From IMG/VR virus record IMGVR_UViG_3300029705_003489: a stretch of DNA of 64,000 nt. One strand, given 5' to 3'. Of this stretch, positions 9,563-19,602 are shown in pieces. The stretch comes from an uncultured virus (IMG/VR IMGVR_UViG_3300029705_003489). Taxonomy: Duplodnaviria > Heunggongvirae > Uroviricota > Caudoviricetes. The position numbers were made by a program, and so were the translations under genes. Below the pieces are notes generated by a model. It saw nothing but the letters and a program-made list of their open reading frames with translations, searched no databases and was not told the DNA's origin. The first letter of the stretch is position 1. Each line of letters begins with the position of its first letter.

Positions 9563-10689
9563 TGGCTGCCCATGCGGTGTTCTCGCCTTCGTCTGCGAAC
9601 CGTTATATGAATTGCACTCCAGCGTTACGGCTGGAGCAGCAATTTCCGGATGAACAGTCCCCTTATGCAGCAGAGGGGACTGCCGGACACGCACTGGCGG
9701 AACACCTTATTAAAAAGCATTTGAAAGTACGCAGTAAGCGTCCTACCTCTGAATTTTTCACGGATGAGTTGGTGGAAGCCGTGGAAACTTACGTGGATTA
9801 TGCCATTGAGGGCATAGAAGAAGCTAGAAAAAACTACAGTGAATCTATTATCGAAGTAGAAAGAAAAACCGACCTTTCCAAGTTTGTTGAAGGGTGCTTC
9901 GGTACTGCTGACCTTGTGATTGTTACCGACCGGAAAATCAGAATCATCGATCTAAAACTCGGTAAGGGTGTGATGGTGGATGCGGAACACAACGAGCAGT
10001 TGATGGTCTATGGTCTAGGGGTTCTGGATTATTACGAATTTCTTTATGACATCGATACGGTGGAGCTTACCATTGTTCAGCCACGGTTGGAACACATTTC
10101 TTCATGGGAGATTTCCGTAGAGGAATTAAAGCAGTGGGCAGAGGAAGAATTAGTGCCGAAGGCAAAAAGGGCACTGGCAGGTGAGGGCGATTACAAGGCG
10201 GGCAATCACTGTCGATTCTGCAAGGCGAGGTTTACCTGCAGAGCAAGGGCAGAGGAGTATCTTAAGTTGGCGCAGATGGAGTTTTCTGAACCTGCATTGC
10301 TTACGGATGAGGAAATTGCAGAGGTGCTGATAAAGGCAGATGCACTGAAAAAGTGGGCAGAAGAAATCTATGCTTATGCACAGAATGAAGCAATTACGAA
10401 TCACAGGAACTGGCCGGGATTTAAGTTGGTTCTTGGCAAAAGCAACAGAAAGTATACGGATGAAGAGGATGTGGCAGAAGCTGCAAAGAAAGCCGGATAC
10501 ACAGATATTTTCAAATCAACGCTCATTGGCATTGCCGAGATGGAGAAACTGATGGGCAAAAAGAAATTCCAAGAAATTCTCGGAAACTTTGTTTATAAGC
10601 CAGAGGGCAAAGTAACACTGGTTCCGGAATCGGATAAAAGAGAAGCAATTAGTACAGCAACCGCAGAAGCGGATTTTAAGGAGGACTAA
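9562..10689 (+). CDS. DUF2800 PD-(D/E)XK (Cas4-like) exonuclease
   Basis: SPSSANR, GTAGH, GTADLV, IIDLKLGKG, QLMVY, CRFCK. Confidence 0.85.
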   Translation: MAAHAVFSPSSANRYMNCTPALRLEQQFPDEQSPYAAEGTAGHALAEHLIKKHLKVRSKRPTSEFFTDELVEAVETYVDYAIEGIEEARKNYSESIIEVERKTDLSKFVEGCFGTADLVIVTDRKIRIIDLKLGKGVMVDAEHNEQLMVYGLGVLDYYEFLYDIDTVELTIVQPRLEHISSWEISVEELKQWAEEELVPKAKRALAGEGDYKAGNHCRFCKARFTCRARAEEYLKLAQMEFSEPALLTDEEIAEVLIKADALKKWAEEIYAYAQNEAITNHRNWPGFKLVLGKSNRKYTDEEDVAEAAKKAGYTDIFKSTLIGIAEMEKLMGKKKFQEILGNFVYKPEGKVTLVPESDKREAISTATAEADFKED

Positions 10690-10692
10690 ATT

Positions 10693-11241
10693 ATGAGTAC
10701 AGTTAACAATCCAACAAAAGTAATCGTTCCATGTCGTTTAAGCTATCTTCATGCTTTTGAGCCGGATTCCATTAACGGCAGTGAGCCAAAGTATAGCGTT
10801 TCCTGCATCATTGACAAGAACGATAAGGAAACCATTGCAAAGATTCAGAAGGCAGTCGAAATTGCCAAGGAAGAAGGTAAGGGGAAGTGGGGAGGTAAGA
10901 TTCCTGCGAATCTTAAGACTCCTCTTCGTGACGGTGATATCGACAGACCGGATGATGAGGCATATGCAGGCAGTATGTTCTTAAATGCAAACAGCCGTCA
11001 GGCTCCACAGGTGGTGGATAGCAAGGTACAGCCAATCTTGGACCAGAGCGAAGTGTATTCCGGTTGCTACGGTAGAGTATCCGTAACATTTTACGCTTAC
11101 AATTCCAACGGTAACAAGGGCGTGGCAGCAGGATTAGGCAACATTCAGAAGTTAAAGGATGGAGAACCACTTGGTTCCAGAGCAAATGCCAAGGATGAAT
11201 TCGAGGCAGTGAGTGACAATGATGATTTTCTGTATGAATAA
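10693..11241 (+). CDS. DUF2815 phage ssDNA-binding protein
   Basis: RLSYLH, PLRDGD, YSGCY, GLGNIQK.KDGEPL, acidic tail. Confidence 0.9.
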   Translation: MSTVNNPTKVIVPCRLSYLHAFEPDSINGSEPKYSVSCIIDKNDKETIAKIQKAVEIAKEEGKGKWGGKIPANLKTPLRDGDIDRPDDEAYAGSMFLNANSRQAPQVVDSKVQPILDQSEVYSGCYGRVSVTFYAYNSNGNKGVAAGLGNIQKLKDGEPLGSRANAKDEFEAVSDNDDFLYE

Positions 11242-11300
11242 ACCGTATACAGAGCAGGGGCAGTGTAATGCTGCCCTTTACATAAAAAGGAGGATTCCGT

Positions 11301-11576
11301 ATGGAAACATGGAAAGATATAGAAGGTCAGGAAAATCGATACCAGATTAGCAGTACCGGGAGAATCCGTAGAATGCCACGATATGTTCGGGGACGCAATG
11401 GCTCCTACAGAAGACTTCCAGCTCAGATACTGGAACTGACGATGGATGAAGTTTTAAACATTAAGCAGCGTTTGACGGAGGGAATACATCCGTATGTGAT
11501 AGCGGAAGATATGGGTATTTCCCGTAAAGTGGTATCAAAGATAAAGTCCGGGAGGTCGTATGCATGGCTGAAGTAA
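11301..11576 (+). CDS. NUMOD4 domain + HTH protein (no HNH domain)
   Basis: ETWKDIEG.E.RYQISSTGRIRR; C-terminal IAEDMGISRKVVSKIKSGRSY. Confidence 0.8.
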   Translation: METWKDIEGQENRYQISSTGRIRRMPRYVRGRNGSYRRLPAQILELTMDEVLNIKQRLTEGIHPYVIAEDMGISRKVVSKIKSGRSYAWLK

Positions 11577-13501
11577 TGTCTATTGATATAGAAACCTTTT
11601 CTGATGTGAGCCTTCCGGATTGCGGGGTACATAGATATGCCTCCTCGGAGCAGTTTGAAATTCTGCTGTTTGCCTACAGTGTGGACGAAGGAGAAACCAG
11701 AGTGGTAGACCTAGCATTGGGAGAAAAGATGCCGGAGGAAGCAATGGCATTATTGCAGGATGATACCGTAGTAAAAGCAGCTTTTAATGCAGCGTTTGAA
11801 CGCACCTGCATTAATCGTTATTTTGGACTTTCGTTACCACCGGAAGTGTGGCGGTGTACAGCGGTTCAGGCAGCGATGCTTGCTCTGCCATTATCTCTTG
11901 AAGGTGTCGGAGAAGCTCTGTCATTGGATAAAAAGAAAATGTCCGAAGGTAAGGAATTGATACGCTTCTTTTGCATGCCCTGCAAGCCTACGAAGAGTAA
12001 CGGAAATCGGATGCGGAATCTTCCGGGAGATGCACCGGAAAAATGGGAGATGTTTAAGTCCTATTGTAAGCGTGATGTAGATGTAGAAAAGCAGATTCGT
12101 GAAAAGTTAAAGCGATATCCGATTCCTGACAGGGAGCAGTGTTTGTATTGTATGGACCAGCGTATCAATGACAGGGGCATTTTGGTGGATACGGATATGG
12201 TAAAGCAGGCAATCTCCTGCGATTTACTTTACAAAGACACGGCTACCAGACGGGCTTACGAGTTGTCCGGATTGGAGAATCCAAACAGTGTATCACAACT
12301 TAAGGGGTGGCTTATTAGTAAAGGACTTGAAGTAGATTCTCTTGCAAAAGATACGGTAAGGGAACTGGTGGATAAGACGGAGGGAGATGTATCGGAACTG
12401 TTAAAACTCCGTCTTGCCATGTCCAAGACCAGTGTAAAAAAATATGAAGCAATCGAGCGTGCGGTCTGTGACGGAAGAGTACATGGTCTGCTGCAGTTTT
12501 ACGGTGCAAACCGAACCGGAAGATGGGCCGGCCGCCTTGTCCAGATACACAATCTTCCGCAAAACCACATGGAAGATTTGGAACTGGCGCGTTCCATTGT
12601 AAAAGAAGGTCGATTCGATTTGGTGGAACTTCTGTATGATTCCACACCGGGAGTTCTCTCGGAACTTATTAGAACTGCATTTGTAGCAAAGCCGGGATGC
12701 AGATTTATTATCAGTGACTTCTCAGCCATAGAAGCCCGTGTACTTGCGTGGATGAGCGGGGAACAGTGGCGGTTGGAGGTATTTGCCACACACGGCAAAA
12801 TATATGAAGCATCGGCATCGGCCATGTTTGGTGTTCCAATAGAGGAAATAGGGAAGACATCACCACTACGACAGAAGGGCAAGATTGCTGAACTGGCACT
12901 CGGATATGGCGGCTCGGTAGGAGCATTGGTATCCATGGGTGCGGTAAAGATGGGACTTTCGGAAGAAGAACTGCCGGAACTGGTATCTCAATGGAGAGGA
13001 GCCAATCCACATATTACGGATTTCTGGCGGAAGGTGGATGTGGCTGCATTAAAGGCGGTAAAGGAAAAAACTACGGTGCAGATGCATATGCTGACATTTG
13101 AGTATCGGGGAGGCATTTTGTTTGTCCATCTGCCATCCGGTAGAAAACTTTCTTATGTGAAACCGAGGATTGAACTTAATCGATTCGGACATGAGAGCAT
13201 CACATATGAAGGTGTAGGAGAATCCAAGAAGTGGACACGCATTGAAACTTACGGCGCAAAAATCGTGGAAAATATTGTCCAGGCGGTATCGAGAGATATA
13301 TTGGCAGAAGCTATGCTTCGCTTGGAAAAGGCAGGATTTGATATTGTGATGCACGTTCACGATGAAGTTGTTCTGGAAGTACCGGATGGTGTGTCATCAG
13401 TGGATGAAATTAATGAAATGATGGCAGTAAATCCTTCATGGGCAGTGGGACTCCCACTGAAAGCAGCGGGATTCGAGTCAGCATTTTATAAAAAAGATTA
13501 G
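11564..13501 (+). CDS. Phage family-A DNA polymerase
   Basis: DIET exonuclease motif, TGRWAG, DFSAIEAR, RQKGKIAELALGYGG, HVHDE. Confidence 0.95.
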   Translation: MAEVMSIDIETFSDVSLPDCGVHRYASSEQFEILLFAYSVDEGETRVVDLALGEKMPEEAMALLQDDTVVKAAFNAAFERTCINRYFGLSLPPEVWRCTAVQAAMLALPLSLEGVGEALSLDKKKMSEGKELIRFFCMPCKPTKSNGNRMRNLPGDAPEKWEMFKSYCKRDVDVEKQIREKLKRYPIPDREQCLYCMDQRINDRGILVDTDMVKQAISCDLLYKDTATRRAYELSGLENPNSVSQLKGWLISKGLEVDSLAKDTVRELVDKTEGDVSELLKLRLAMSKTSVKKYEAIERAVCDGRVHGLLQFYGANRTGRWAGRLVQIHNLPQNHMEDLELARSIVKEGRFDLVELLYDSTPGVLSELIRTAFVAKPGCRFIISDFSAIEARVLAWMSGEQWRLEVFATHGKIYEASASAMFGVPIEEIGKTSPLRQKGKIAELALGYGGSVGALVSMGAVKMGLSEEELPELVSQWRGANPHITDFWRKVDVAALKAVKEKTTVQMHMLTFEYRGGILFVHLPSGRKLSYVKPRIELNRFGHESITYEGVGESKKWTRIETYGAKIVENIVQAVSRDILAEAMLRLEKAGFDIVMHVHDEVVLEVPDGVSSVDEINEMMAVNPSWAVGLPLKAAGFESAFYKKD

Positions 13502-13513
13502 GAGGAGCAGGCA

Positions 13514-15874
13514 ATGAAACTGTATGTATCAACGGGTAATTCCCGTATGGATAAAAAGTGGAATGGTGCTGAGTGGGAACTCGAAGATTTTAAGAATAGG
13601 GTATCAGCCACCATTCGTACAGCAGAAACAGTGGAGCAGTATAAAAAACTGCCCAAGGTAAAGCAGGATGATATTAAAGATGTGGGTGGCTTTGTACTTG
13701 GGCGATTAAAAGGCGGTCGAAGGAAGAAAGATACTGTTATTTCCCGGTCAGCGGTTACGCTTGATATGGACTATGGAACAGAAGGAATCTTGGATGAAAT
13801 TGAGATGTTCCATGATATCCAGATGTTTTCTTACAGCACTCATAAGCATACACCGGAGAGTCCAAGACTTCGACTGATTATCCCTCTTTCAAGAGAAGTG
13901 ACACCGGATGAGTACGGTGCGGTTAGCAGAATGGTTGCAAAAGATATCGGCATCGAACTTTTTGATGATTCGACCTATGAACCGTCAAGACTTATGTATT
14001 GGCCGTCCACATCCTCGGATGGGGAATTCATCTTCCAGGAGATTAGCGGAAAAATTTTAGATCCCGATGAGGTGCTGAAGAGATACACAAATTGGAAGGA
14101 TGTTTCTTCGTGGCCGGTTAGTAACCGCCAGACGAATCTCGTGGAGCGCAGCATTAAGAAACAGGCAGACCCGCTTGCAAAAGATGGTCTGATTGGTGCT
14201 TTCAACAGGGCATATTCTATTCGTGATGCGATTGAAACCTTTCTGTCGGATGTGTATCAGCCTAGTGCGATGACCGGAAGATACGATTATGTTCCTGCAG
14301 ACTCTGCTGCCGGAGTGGTAGTTTATGAAGAAGCATTCGTGTATTCGCATCATGCCACGGACCCGGCTTGCGGTAAGCTGATGAATGCATTTGATGTGGT
14401 TCGCATCCATCTGTTTGGAGATAAGGATGCCAAAGCAGAAGAAGGAACAGAGTCTGCGAAACTCCCTTCTTTTAAGGCTATGCAGGATTTTGCATCGCAG
14501 GATGCAAAGGTCAAGGATGTGCTTGCCAAAGAACGGCAGCAGTTGGCGGTAGCCGAATTTTCTGATGAGGATGATGACTGGCAGAGTAAGCTGGAAATTG
14601 ACCGAACCGGAAAGGTAAAGGATACACTTACCAATATTACGCTCATCATCCGCATGGATAAGAATCTGCGCAGCATTGTCTACAATGAGTTTAAGGATAC
14701 CATCGATGTGATTGGAGAACTGCCGTGGAACCAGGTAAAGCCGGGATGGAATGACTCAGACCTTGCCAATGCAAAAGTGTATTTCGAGCGGGTGTATGGT
14801 ATCTGGTCACCGACAAAATTCAAAGATGCCCTGCTTGCGGTAGTGTCTGCGGAACGGCTCTACCATCCAATCAAGGAATACTTCAGTACCCTGTTATGGG
14901 ATGGAGTGGAGCGCATCGATACGCTGCTCATCGACTATTTTGGTGCTACGGATACGAAGTATGTCCGGGCTGTATGCCGTAAAACTTTAGTTGCAGCGGT
15001 AGCCCGTATTTTCGAACCGGGAATTAAGTTTGATTCCATTTTGGTACTTAGTGGACCTCAGGGACTTGGTAAATCCACATTCTTTTCCGTGCTTGGACGG
15101 CAGTGGTTCTCCGATTCACTCTCCATATCGGATATGAGAGATAAGACCGCAGCAGAAAAACTGCAGGGATACTGGATACTGGAAATTTCGGAAATGGCAG
15201 GCATCAAGAAAACTGATGTGGAAACCGTAAAGTCCTTTGTTACAAGACAGGATGACAAGTTCCGACAGGCTTATGGTGTTAATGTGGAGAGCCACCCAAG
15301 AACCTGCATTATTGTCGGCAGCACAAACTCGGAGTCTGGTTTTCTTCGTGATGTTACGGGTAACCGAAGATTCTGGCCAGTGCATGTTCCGGGAACAGGA
15401 AAGTTCCACCCATGGGAGATTACGGAAGTCGACCAGATATGGGCAGAGGCTATCGAATATTACAAGCAGGGAGAAGAACTGTTCTTAAAGGGAGAGGCAG
15501 CAGAGGAAGCGTATCGTATGCAGCAGAATGCCATGGAGTCCGATGACCGTGAAGGCATTGTTCAGGATTACCTTGACCGACTCCTTCCAACGAACTGGGA
15601 CAACTTGGACATTTATCAGAGACGTGCTTTCCTTGGTAACGGAGAATTTGAAACCAGTGGCATGGTGGGAACAGTGGAGCGTAAGCGTGTCTGCATTATG
15701 GAAATCTGGTGCGAGTGCTTTGGCAAAGAGCGACAGAATTTAAGAAAAACGGACTCCTATGAAATGGAGGCAATTTTGAATAAAATCGGTGGTTGGCAAA
15801 AGTATGCCGGGAGCGCATCCGGAAAATCCAGAATTCCCCTGTATGGAATTCAGAAAACCTTTGAGCGAATTTAG
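13514..15874 (+). CDS. Primase / VapE-type SF3 helicase
   Basis: TLDMD and STHKH primase motifs; GPQGLGKST Walker A; LRDVTGNRRF. Confidence 0.9.
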   Translation: MKLYVSTGNSRMDKKWNGAEWELEDFKNRVSATIRTAETVEQYKKLPKVKQDDIKDVGGFVLGRLKGGRRKKDTVISRSAVTLDMDYGTEGILDEIEMFHDIQMFSYSTHKHTPESPRLRLIIPLSREVTPDEYGAVSRMVAKDIGIELFDDSTYEPSRLMYWPSTSSDGEFIFQEISGKILDPDEVLKRYTNWKDVSSWPVSNRQTNLVERSIKKQADPLAKDGLIGAFNRAYSIRDAIETFLSDVYQPSAMTGRYDYVPADSAAGVVVYEEAFVYSHHATDPACGKLMNAFDVVRIHLFGDKDAKAEEGTESAKLPSFKAMQDFASQDAKVKDVLAKERQQLAVAEFSDEDDDWQSKLEIDRTGKVKDTLTNITLIIRMDKNLRSIVYNEFKDTIDVIGELPWNQVKPGWNDSDLANAKVYFERVYGIWSPTKFKDALLAVVSAERLYHPIKEYFSTLLWDGVERIDTLLIDYFGATDTKYVRAVCRKTLVAAVARIFEPGIKFDSILVLSGPQGLGKSTFFSVLGRQWFSDSLSISDMRDKTAAEKLQGYWILEISEMAGIKKTDVETVKSFVTRQDDKFRQAYGVNVESHPRTCIIVGSTNSESGFLRDVTGNRRFWPVHVPGTGKFHPWEITEVDQIWAEAIEYYKQGEELFLKGEAAEEAYRMQQNAMESDDREGIVQDYLDRLLPTNWDNLDIYQRRAFLGNGEFETSGMVGTVERKRVCIMEIWCECFGKERQNLRKTDSYEMEAILNKIGGWQKYAGSASGKSRIPLYGIQKTFERI

Positions 15875-15886
15875 CAAAGAAACAAA

Positions 15887-16101
15887 GGAAACAGATTTTA
15901 TGTTTCCCATGTTTCCTATACGATAGTGGGAAACGGTAGTAGGAAACATGGTTAGCATCAAGGAAAATAAGGGGTTGCGAGTTGTTGTTTCCCGGTTTCC
16001 CATTTTTCTATATTGAGTAATAAAAATGGGAATAAAAAGGTAACGGAAACATGTATACGCGCATAGGGGATTAAACCACCAAGGAAACAGAAATGGGAAA
16101 C
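15887..16101. repeat. Cluster of ten GGAAAC/GTTTCC hexamers (putative replication origin)
   Basis: Copies at 15887, 15902, 15911, 15929, 15942, 15987, 15995, 16045, 16083, 16096 in the gap after the primase-helicase. Confidence 0.65.
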
Positions 16102-16113
16102 GAGGTATGAGTT

Positions 16114-16395
16114 ATGCGTGAAAGTACAATTGAGAGCCACCTTCGGACAGAAGCAAAAAAGCGTGGAGGATTGGCGGTAAAGTTTGTATCTCCGGGACTG
16201 AATGGAGTCCCGGACAGACTGGTGCTGATGCCGAAAGGCAGAATGGCATTTATTGAATTGAAAGCACCCGGAAAAACTCCAAGGGTATTGCAACTTAAGA
16301 GAAAGAGACAGTTGGAGGTTCTCGGTTTTCGGGTATATGTAGTTGATGGCATGGAGCAGATAGGAGGTATTCTGGATGAGATACAAGGCACATAA
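16114..16395 (+). CDS. VRR-NUC nuclease
   Basis: GVPDRLVL...FIELKAPG...Q. Confidence 0.9.
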   Translation: MRESTIESHLRTEAKKRGGLAVKFVSPGLNGVPDRLVLMPKGRMAFIELKAPGKTPRVLQLKRKRQLEVLGFRVYVVDGMEQIGGILDEIQGT

Positions 16396-17740
16396 TTATC
16401 AGTCCTTTGCAACGGATTTCATTTTAAGGAATCCCATCAGTTGTCTGATTCTTGATATGGGACTTGGGAAGACCATCATTACACTGACGGCTCTTTGGAA
16501 TCTTCTGTTTGATTATTTTCTTGTGGCGCGGGTGCTGGTGATTGCACCGAAGCGTGTGGCGGAAAATACATGGCCGGCTGAGATTGAGAAGTGGGAGCAT
16601 TTGACAGGACTTCGGTATTCTCTGGTATCCGGCACAAGAAAACAGCGGGAAGATGCTTTGAGTCGAATGGCCGATGTTTATATCATCGGCAGGGACAACG
16701 TTTCATGGCTTGTAGACAGCGGGTGGTTTTCCTTTGATATGGTAATCGTGGATGAATTATCCAGCTTCAAGTCACCAAAGGCACAGCGGTTTAAGGCACT
16801 GAAAAAAGTACGACCGCGTGTGGCAAGGATTGTCGGGCTTACCGGAACACCGGGAAATCTTATGGATTTATGGGCTGAAATCGGTATTCTTGATATGGGG
16901 CAGCGACTTGGAAGGTTCATCGGTGCTTACCGGGAACGATTCTTTGTGCCAGATAAGCGGAATAGGGAGATTATCTTTTCCTACAAACCAAGAGAGGGAG
17001 CAGAGGAAAAAATCTATGACCTGATTTCTGATATTACGATTTCCATGAAAGCAGTGGATTACCTCGATATGCCTGAGTGTATTTACAACCGGGTGGAGGT
17101 TTCCATGTCGAAGGAAGAACAGACACTGTATGAACAGCTTCGTGAGGATATGATAATTCCAATCGGAGAAGGAGAGGATATCGATGCGGTTAATGCTGCG
17201 GCGCTTAGTAACAAACTGCAGCAGATGGCAAACGGTGCGGTGTATGATGAATCTGGCAATGTCCATCACATTCATGACAGAAAACTGGATGCTTTGGAGG
17301 ATTTGATTGAAGCCGCCAATGGCAAACCACTCCTTGTAGCATACTGGTTTAAGCATGACCGGGAAAGAATCATGAATCGTTTTTCGGTAAGGGATATCAA
17401 TACGGCAAAGGATATGAAGGATTGGAATGATGGTAATATTCCAGTGGCACTTATCCATCCGGCATCTGCGGGACACGGACTGAACCTGCAGGCTGGCGGT
17501 TCGACCATTGTGTGGTTTTCGAATATCTGGGCATTGGAACTTTATCAGCAGTTAAATGCGAGACTGTGGAGACAGGGACAGAAACACACGGTGGTAATCG
17601 AGCATTTGGTAACCAAGGGAACTGTGGATGAGGATATTCTGGTTTCTCTTGAAAAGAAGGATGTAACGCAGGAATCAATGATTGTAGCAGTAAAAGCAAG
17701 GATAGGAGGCAAGGCTGATGAGAGCGGAAAGGATGATTAG
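16376..17740 (+). CDS. SNF2-like SF2 helicase
   Basis: DMGLGKT, VDELS, LTGTP, GHGLNLQ, QLNARLWRQGQ. Confidence 0.92.
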   Translation: MRYKAHNYQSFATDFILRNPISCLILDMGLGKTIITLTALWNLLFDYFLVARVLVIAPKRVAENTWPAEIEKWEHLTGLRYSLVSGTRKQREDALSRMADVYIIGRDNVSWLVDSGWFSFDMVIVDELSSFKSPKAQRFKALKKVRPRVARIVGLTGTPGNLMDLWAEIGILDMGQRLGRFIGAYRERFFVPDKRNREIIFSYKPREGAEEKIYDLISDITISMKAVDYLDMPECIYNRVEVSMSKEEQTLYEQLREDMIIPIGEGEDIDAVNAAALSNKLQQMANGAVYDESGNVHHIHDRKLDALEDLIEAANGKPLLVAYWFKHDRERIMNRFSVRDINTAKDMKDWNDGNIPVALIHPASAGHGLNLQAGGSTIVWFSNIWALELYQQLNARLWRQGQKHTVVIEHLVTKGTVDEDILVSLEKKDVTQESMIVAVKARIGGKADESGKDD

Positions 17741-18206
17741 AGAATATGGCACATTGAAAAAAGAACTTTCTGTTCTGGAATTTCAGCTTAAGCAGTTTAA
17801 GGGTGTGGACGAGGATGACATCATCCTCTCCATGCAGCTTGCCCATCCGGAAGGCGGGGACAGGGTACAGACCAGTACTACTTCTGACAAAACTGCATCG
17901 GTGGCAATGAATTATAAAAACATAGCAGAACGGGAAAATGAAGAATGGTATAACCATTTGTGGAGCAGATATCGTTTTGTGAAAGAAGAAATAGAATTCT
18001 TCGAACATAGCGTGACTACATTACATGACAGTCTGCCGGGAATTATTATGGATTTGGTGGAGGGACGTATGACGTGGGAGAGCATGGCAGCCAAATACCA
18101 TGTTAGCACCACCATGATTTCCAAGTATAAAAAAACTGCAATAAAGGAACTGGACTTTCTGTATGAATTGCGGGATCAGCAGACAGAAACATATATATTG
18201 AGTTAG
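17718..18206 (+). CDS. Probable late-gene transcriptional activator (RinA/ArpU-like)
   Basis: RVQTS motif, C-terminal sigma4-like HTH, position at end of the replication module. Confidence 0.65.
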   Translation: MRAERMIREYGTLKKELSVLEFQLKQFKGVDEDDIILSMQLAHPEGGDRVQTSTTSDKTASVAMNYKNIAERENEEWYNHLWSRYRFVKEEIEFFEHSVTTLHDSLPGIIMDLVEGRMTWESMAAKYHVSTTMISKYKKTAIKELDFLYELRDQQTETYILS

Positions 18207-18216
18207 GAGGCATATT

Positions 18217-18588
18217 ATGGCATTTAAGCGTGGAGACATATATTTCGTGGATTTTGGAAATAACAAAAATTCTCATAAGCAGAGTGGAATTCGTCCTGCT
18301 GTGATTGTAAGTAACAATAAGGCAAATGCGAATTCTCCGGTTATAACAGTGGTACCATTGTCGGCACGAGTATGGAAGAAAAAATATCTTCCTACCCATG
18401 TTTTTATTCCGATGAGAAGAGGCTATGGATTAACAAAGCCGAGCATGGCGCTGGCGGAACAGGTGGAAACACTGGACAAGAGCCAGTTTGGAAATAAGAT
18501 AGGTAGCATCTATGATGAAAGGCTTATGGAAAAACTGACATTTGCATTGCAAGTACAGATTGGTGCGGTGGCAAAATACAATAAGTGA
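18217..18588 (+). CDS. PemK/MazF-family toxin
   Basis: KRGDIYFVDF...Q.GIRPAVIVSN...VVPLS...LAEQVETLDK. Confidence 0.9.
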   Translation: MAFKRGDIYFVDFGNNKNSHKQSGIRPAVIVSNNKANANSPVITVVPLSARVWKKKYLPTHVFIPMRRGYGLTKPSMALAEQVETLDKSQFGNKIGSIYDERLMEKLTFALQVQIGAVAKYNK

Positions 18589-18699
18589 TAGAAGGCAGTC
18601 ATGATAAATGGCTGCTTTCTTAAAATGAAAAAGTTGAATTGTATTATTCACTAGAAATGTGATATAATGACTTTATTCAAAAGAGTATGGAGGCTGTTT

Positions 18700-19398
18700 A
18701 TGAAGAAAAGGTATTTTTTATTTTTTTTATTAAGTTTTAGCTTTTTGTTTTCTGCTTGTGGTGAGATGGAAGAACAGGAAGAACCAGTTCAGATTACTAT
18801 GCCATATGATAGTTATGATTATACTGTTGGTGGAGATTGGACTATAGATGAGTTAGTCGATCATCTAGAGGAATTAGGATTTACCAAAATCGAAACAGAC
18901 ACATATTCGCTTGATGAGTATAAACCTCGTCAAATCAAAAGCATAGAGATAGATGGTGAGGATTCCTTCGATCAGGGAAAGCGTTTCTATTCCAATGATG
19001 AAGTAGAAATTCTCTACTATAATTTTGATTATGTTTTGACCCCTGATAATTGCGAAGAATTAAATGCGTTCCTTTCTGGGGAGTCAACAGATTATATGAA
19101 ATTTGCAGAAGAGTATGATGGTAGAACTGTAGCATTCGATGCTTATGTAACATATGCCGAAAGCTATATGGGTGGCACCAGTTACATTATCGAAGTAAGT
19201 GCTGGAGATTATAGTGAAGATAACGGAAATAAACCGATTATCCGAATTGATGTAGAAACTGTGACACCAACACCGTATATTGATAAGGATGTAAAAGTCG
19301 GATATAATGTTGCTGTATTCGGAAAAGTAGGAAAAGGTAAAAGTGAATATTTTAACATGCTTTGGATTGATGCATCTCGTTTAGAGATTAGAGAATAA
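18700..19398 (+). CDS. Lipoprotein moron (possible C-terminal OB-fold)
   Basis: Signal peptide with LFSAC lipobox; own promoter (TTGTAT 18639, TG-n-TATAAT 18663) and downstream hairpin; AT-rich. Confidence 0.75.
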   Translation: MKKRYFLFFLLSFSFLFSACGEMEEQEEPVQITMPYDSYDYTVGGDWTIDELVDHLEELGFTKIETDTYSLDEYKPRQIKSIEIDGEDSFDQGKRFYSNDEVEILYYNFDYVLTPDNCEELNAFLSGESTDYMKFAEEYDGRTVAFDAYVTYAESYMGGTSYIIEVSAGDYSEDNGNKPIIRIDVETVTPTPYIDKDVKVGYNVAVFGKVGKGKSEYFNMLWIDASRLEIRE

Positions 19399-19471
19399 AT
19401 ATTTCATTAGCGTTTGGAGGTAGTCGGTGTTTATGCTGGCTACCTCTTCTTTTATCCCCTTTATGTGTCAT

Positions 19472-19581
19472 GGTTGCATAAAGGTTGCATAAGTGTTTAA
19501 TGTTGGTTTAATGACAATCAGATTTTAATGTGTTAAGATTAAGATGGAAAAACTGGAAGTGGCCATAGTGCCACTTTTTTT
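19472..19581 (+). promoter_or_regulatory. Putative activator-dependent late promoter with phased repeats and a downstream terminator
   Basis: GGTTGCATAA x2 and GTTTAATG x2 at 11-12 bp spacing, extended -10 TGtTAAGAT, then AAGTGGC/GCCACTT hairpin plus T-run. Confidence 0.55.
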
Positions 19582-19602
19582 ATGCAGATTGGAGGAATGG
19601 AT

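Noticed and set aside
9562..10689. Cas4-like nuclease as evidence of CRISPR-Cas
   Set aside because: DUF2800 in its usual phage replication context beside SSB and PolA
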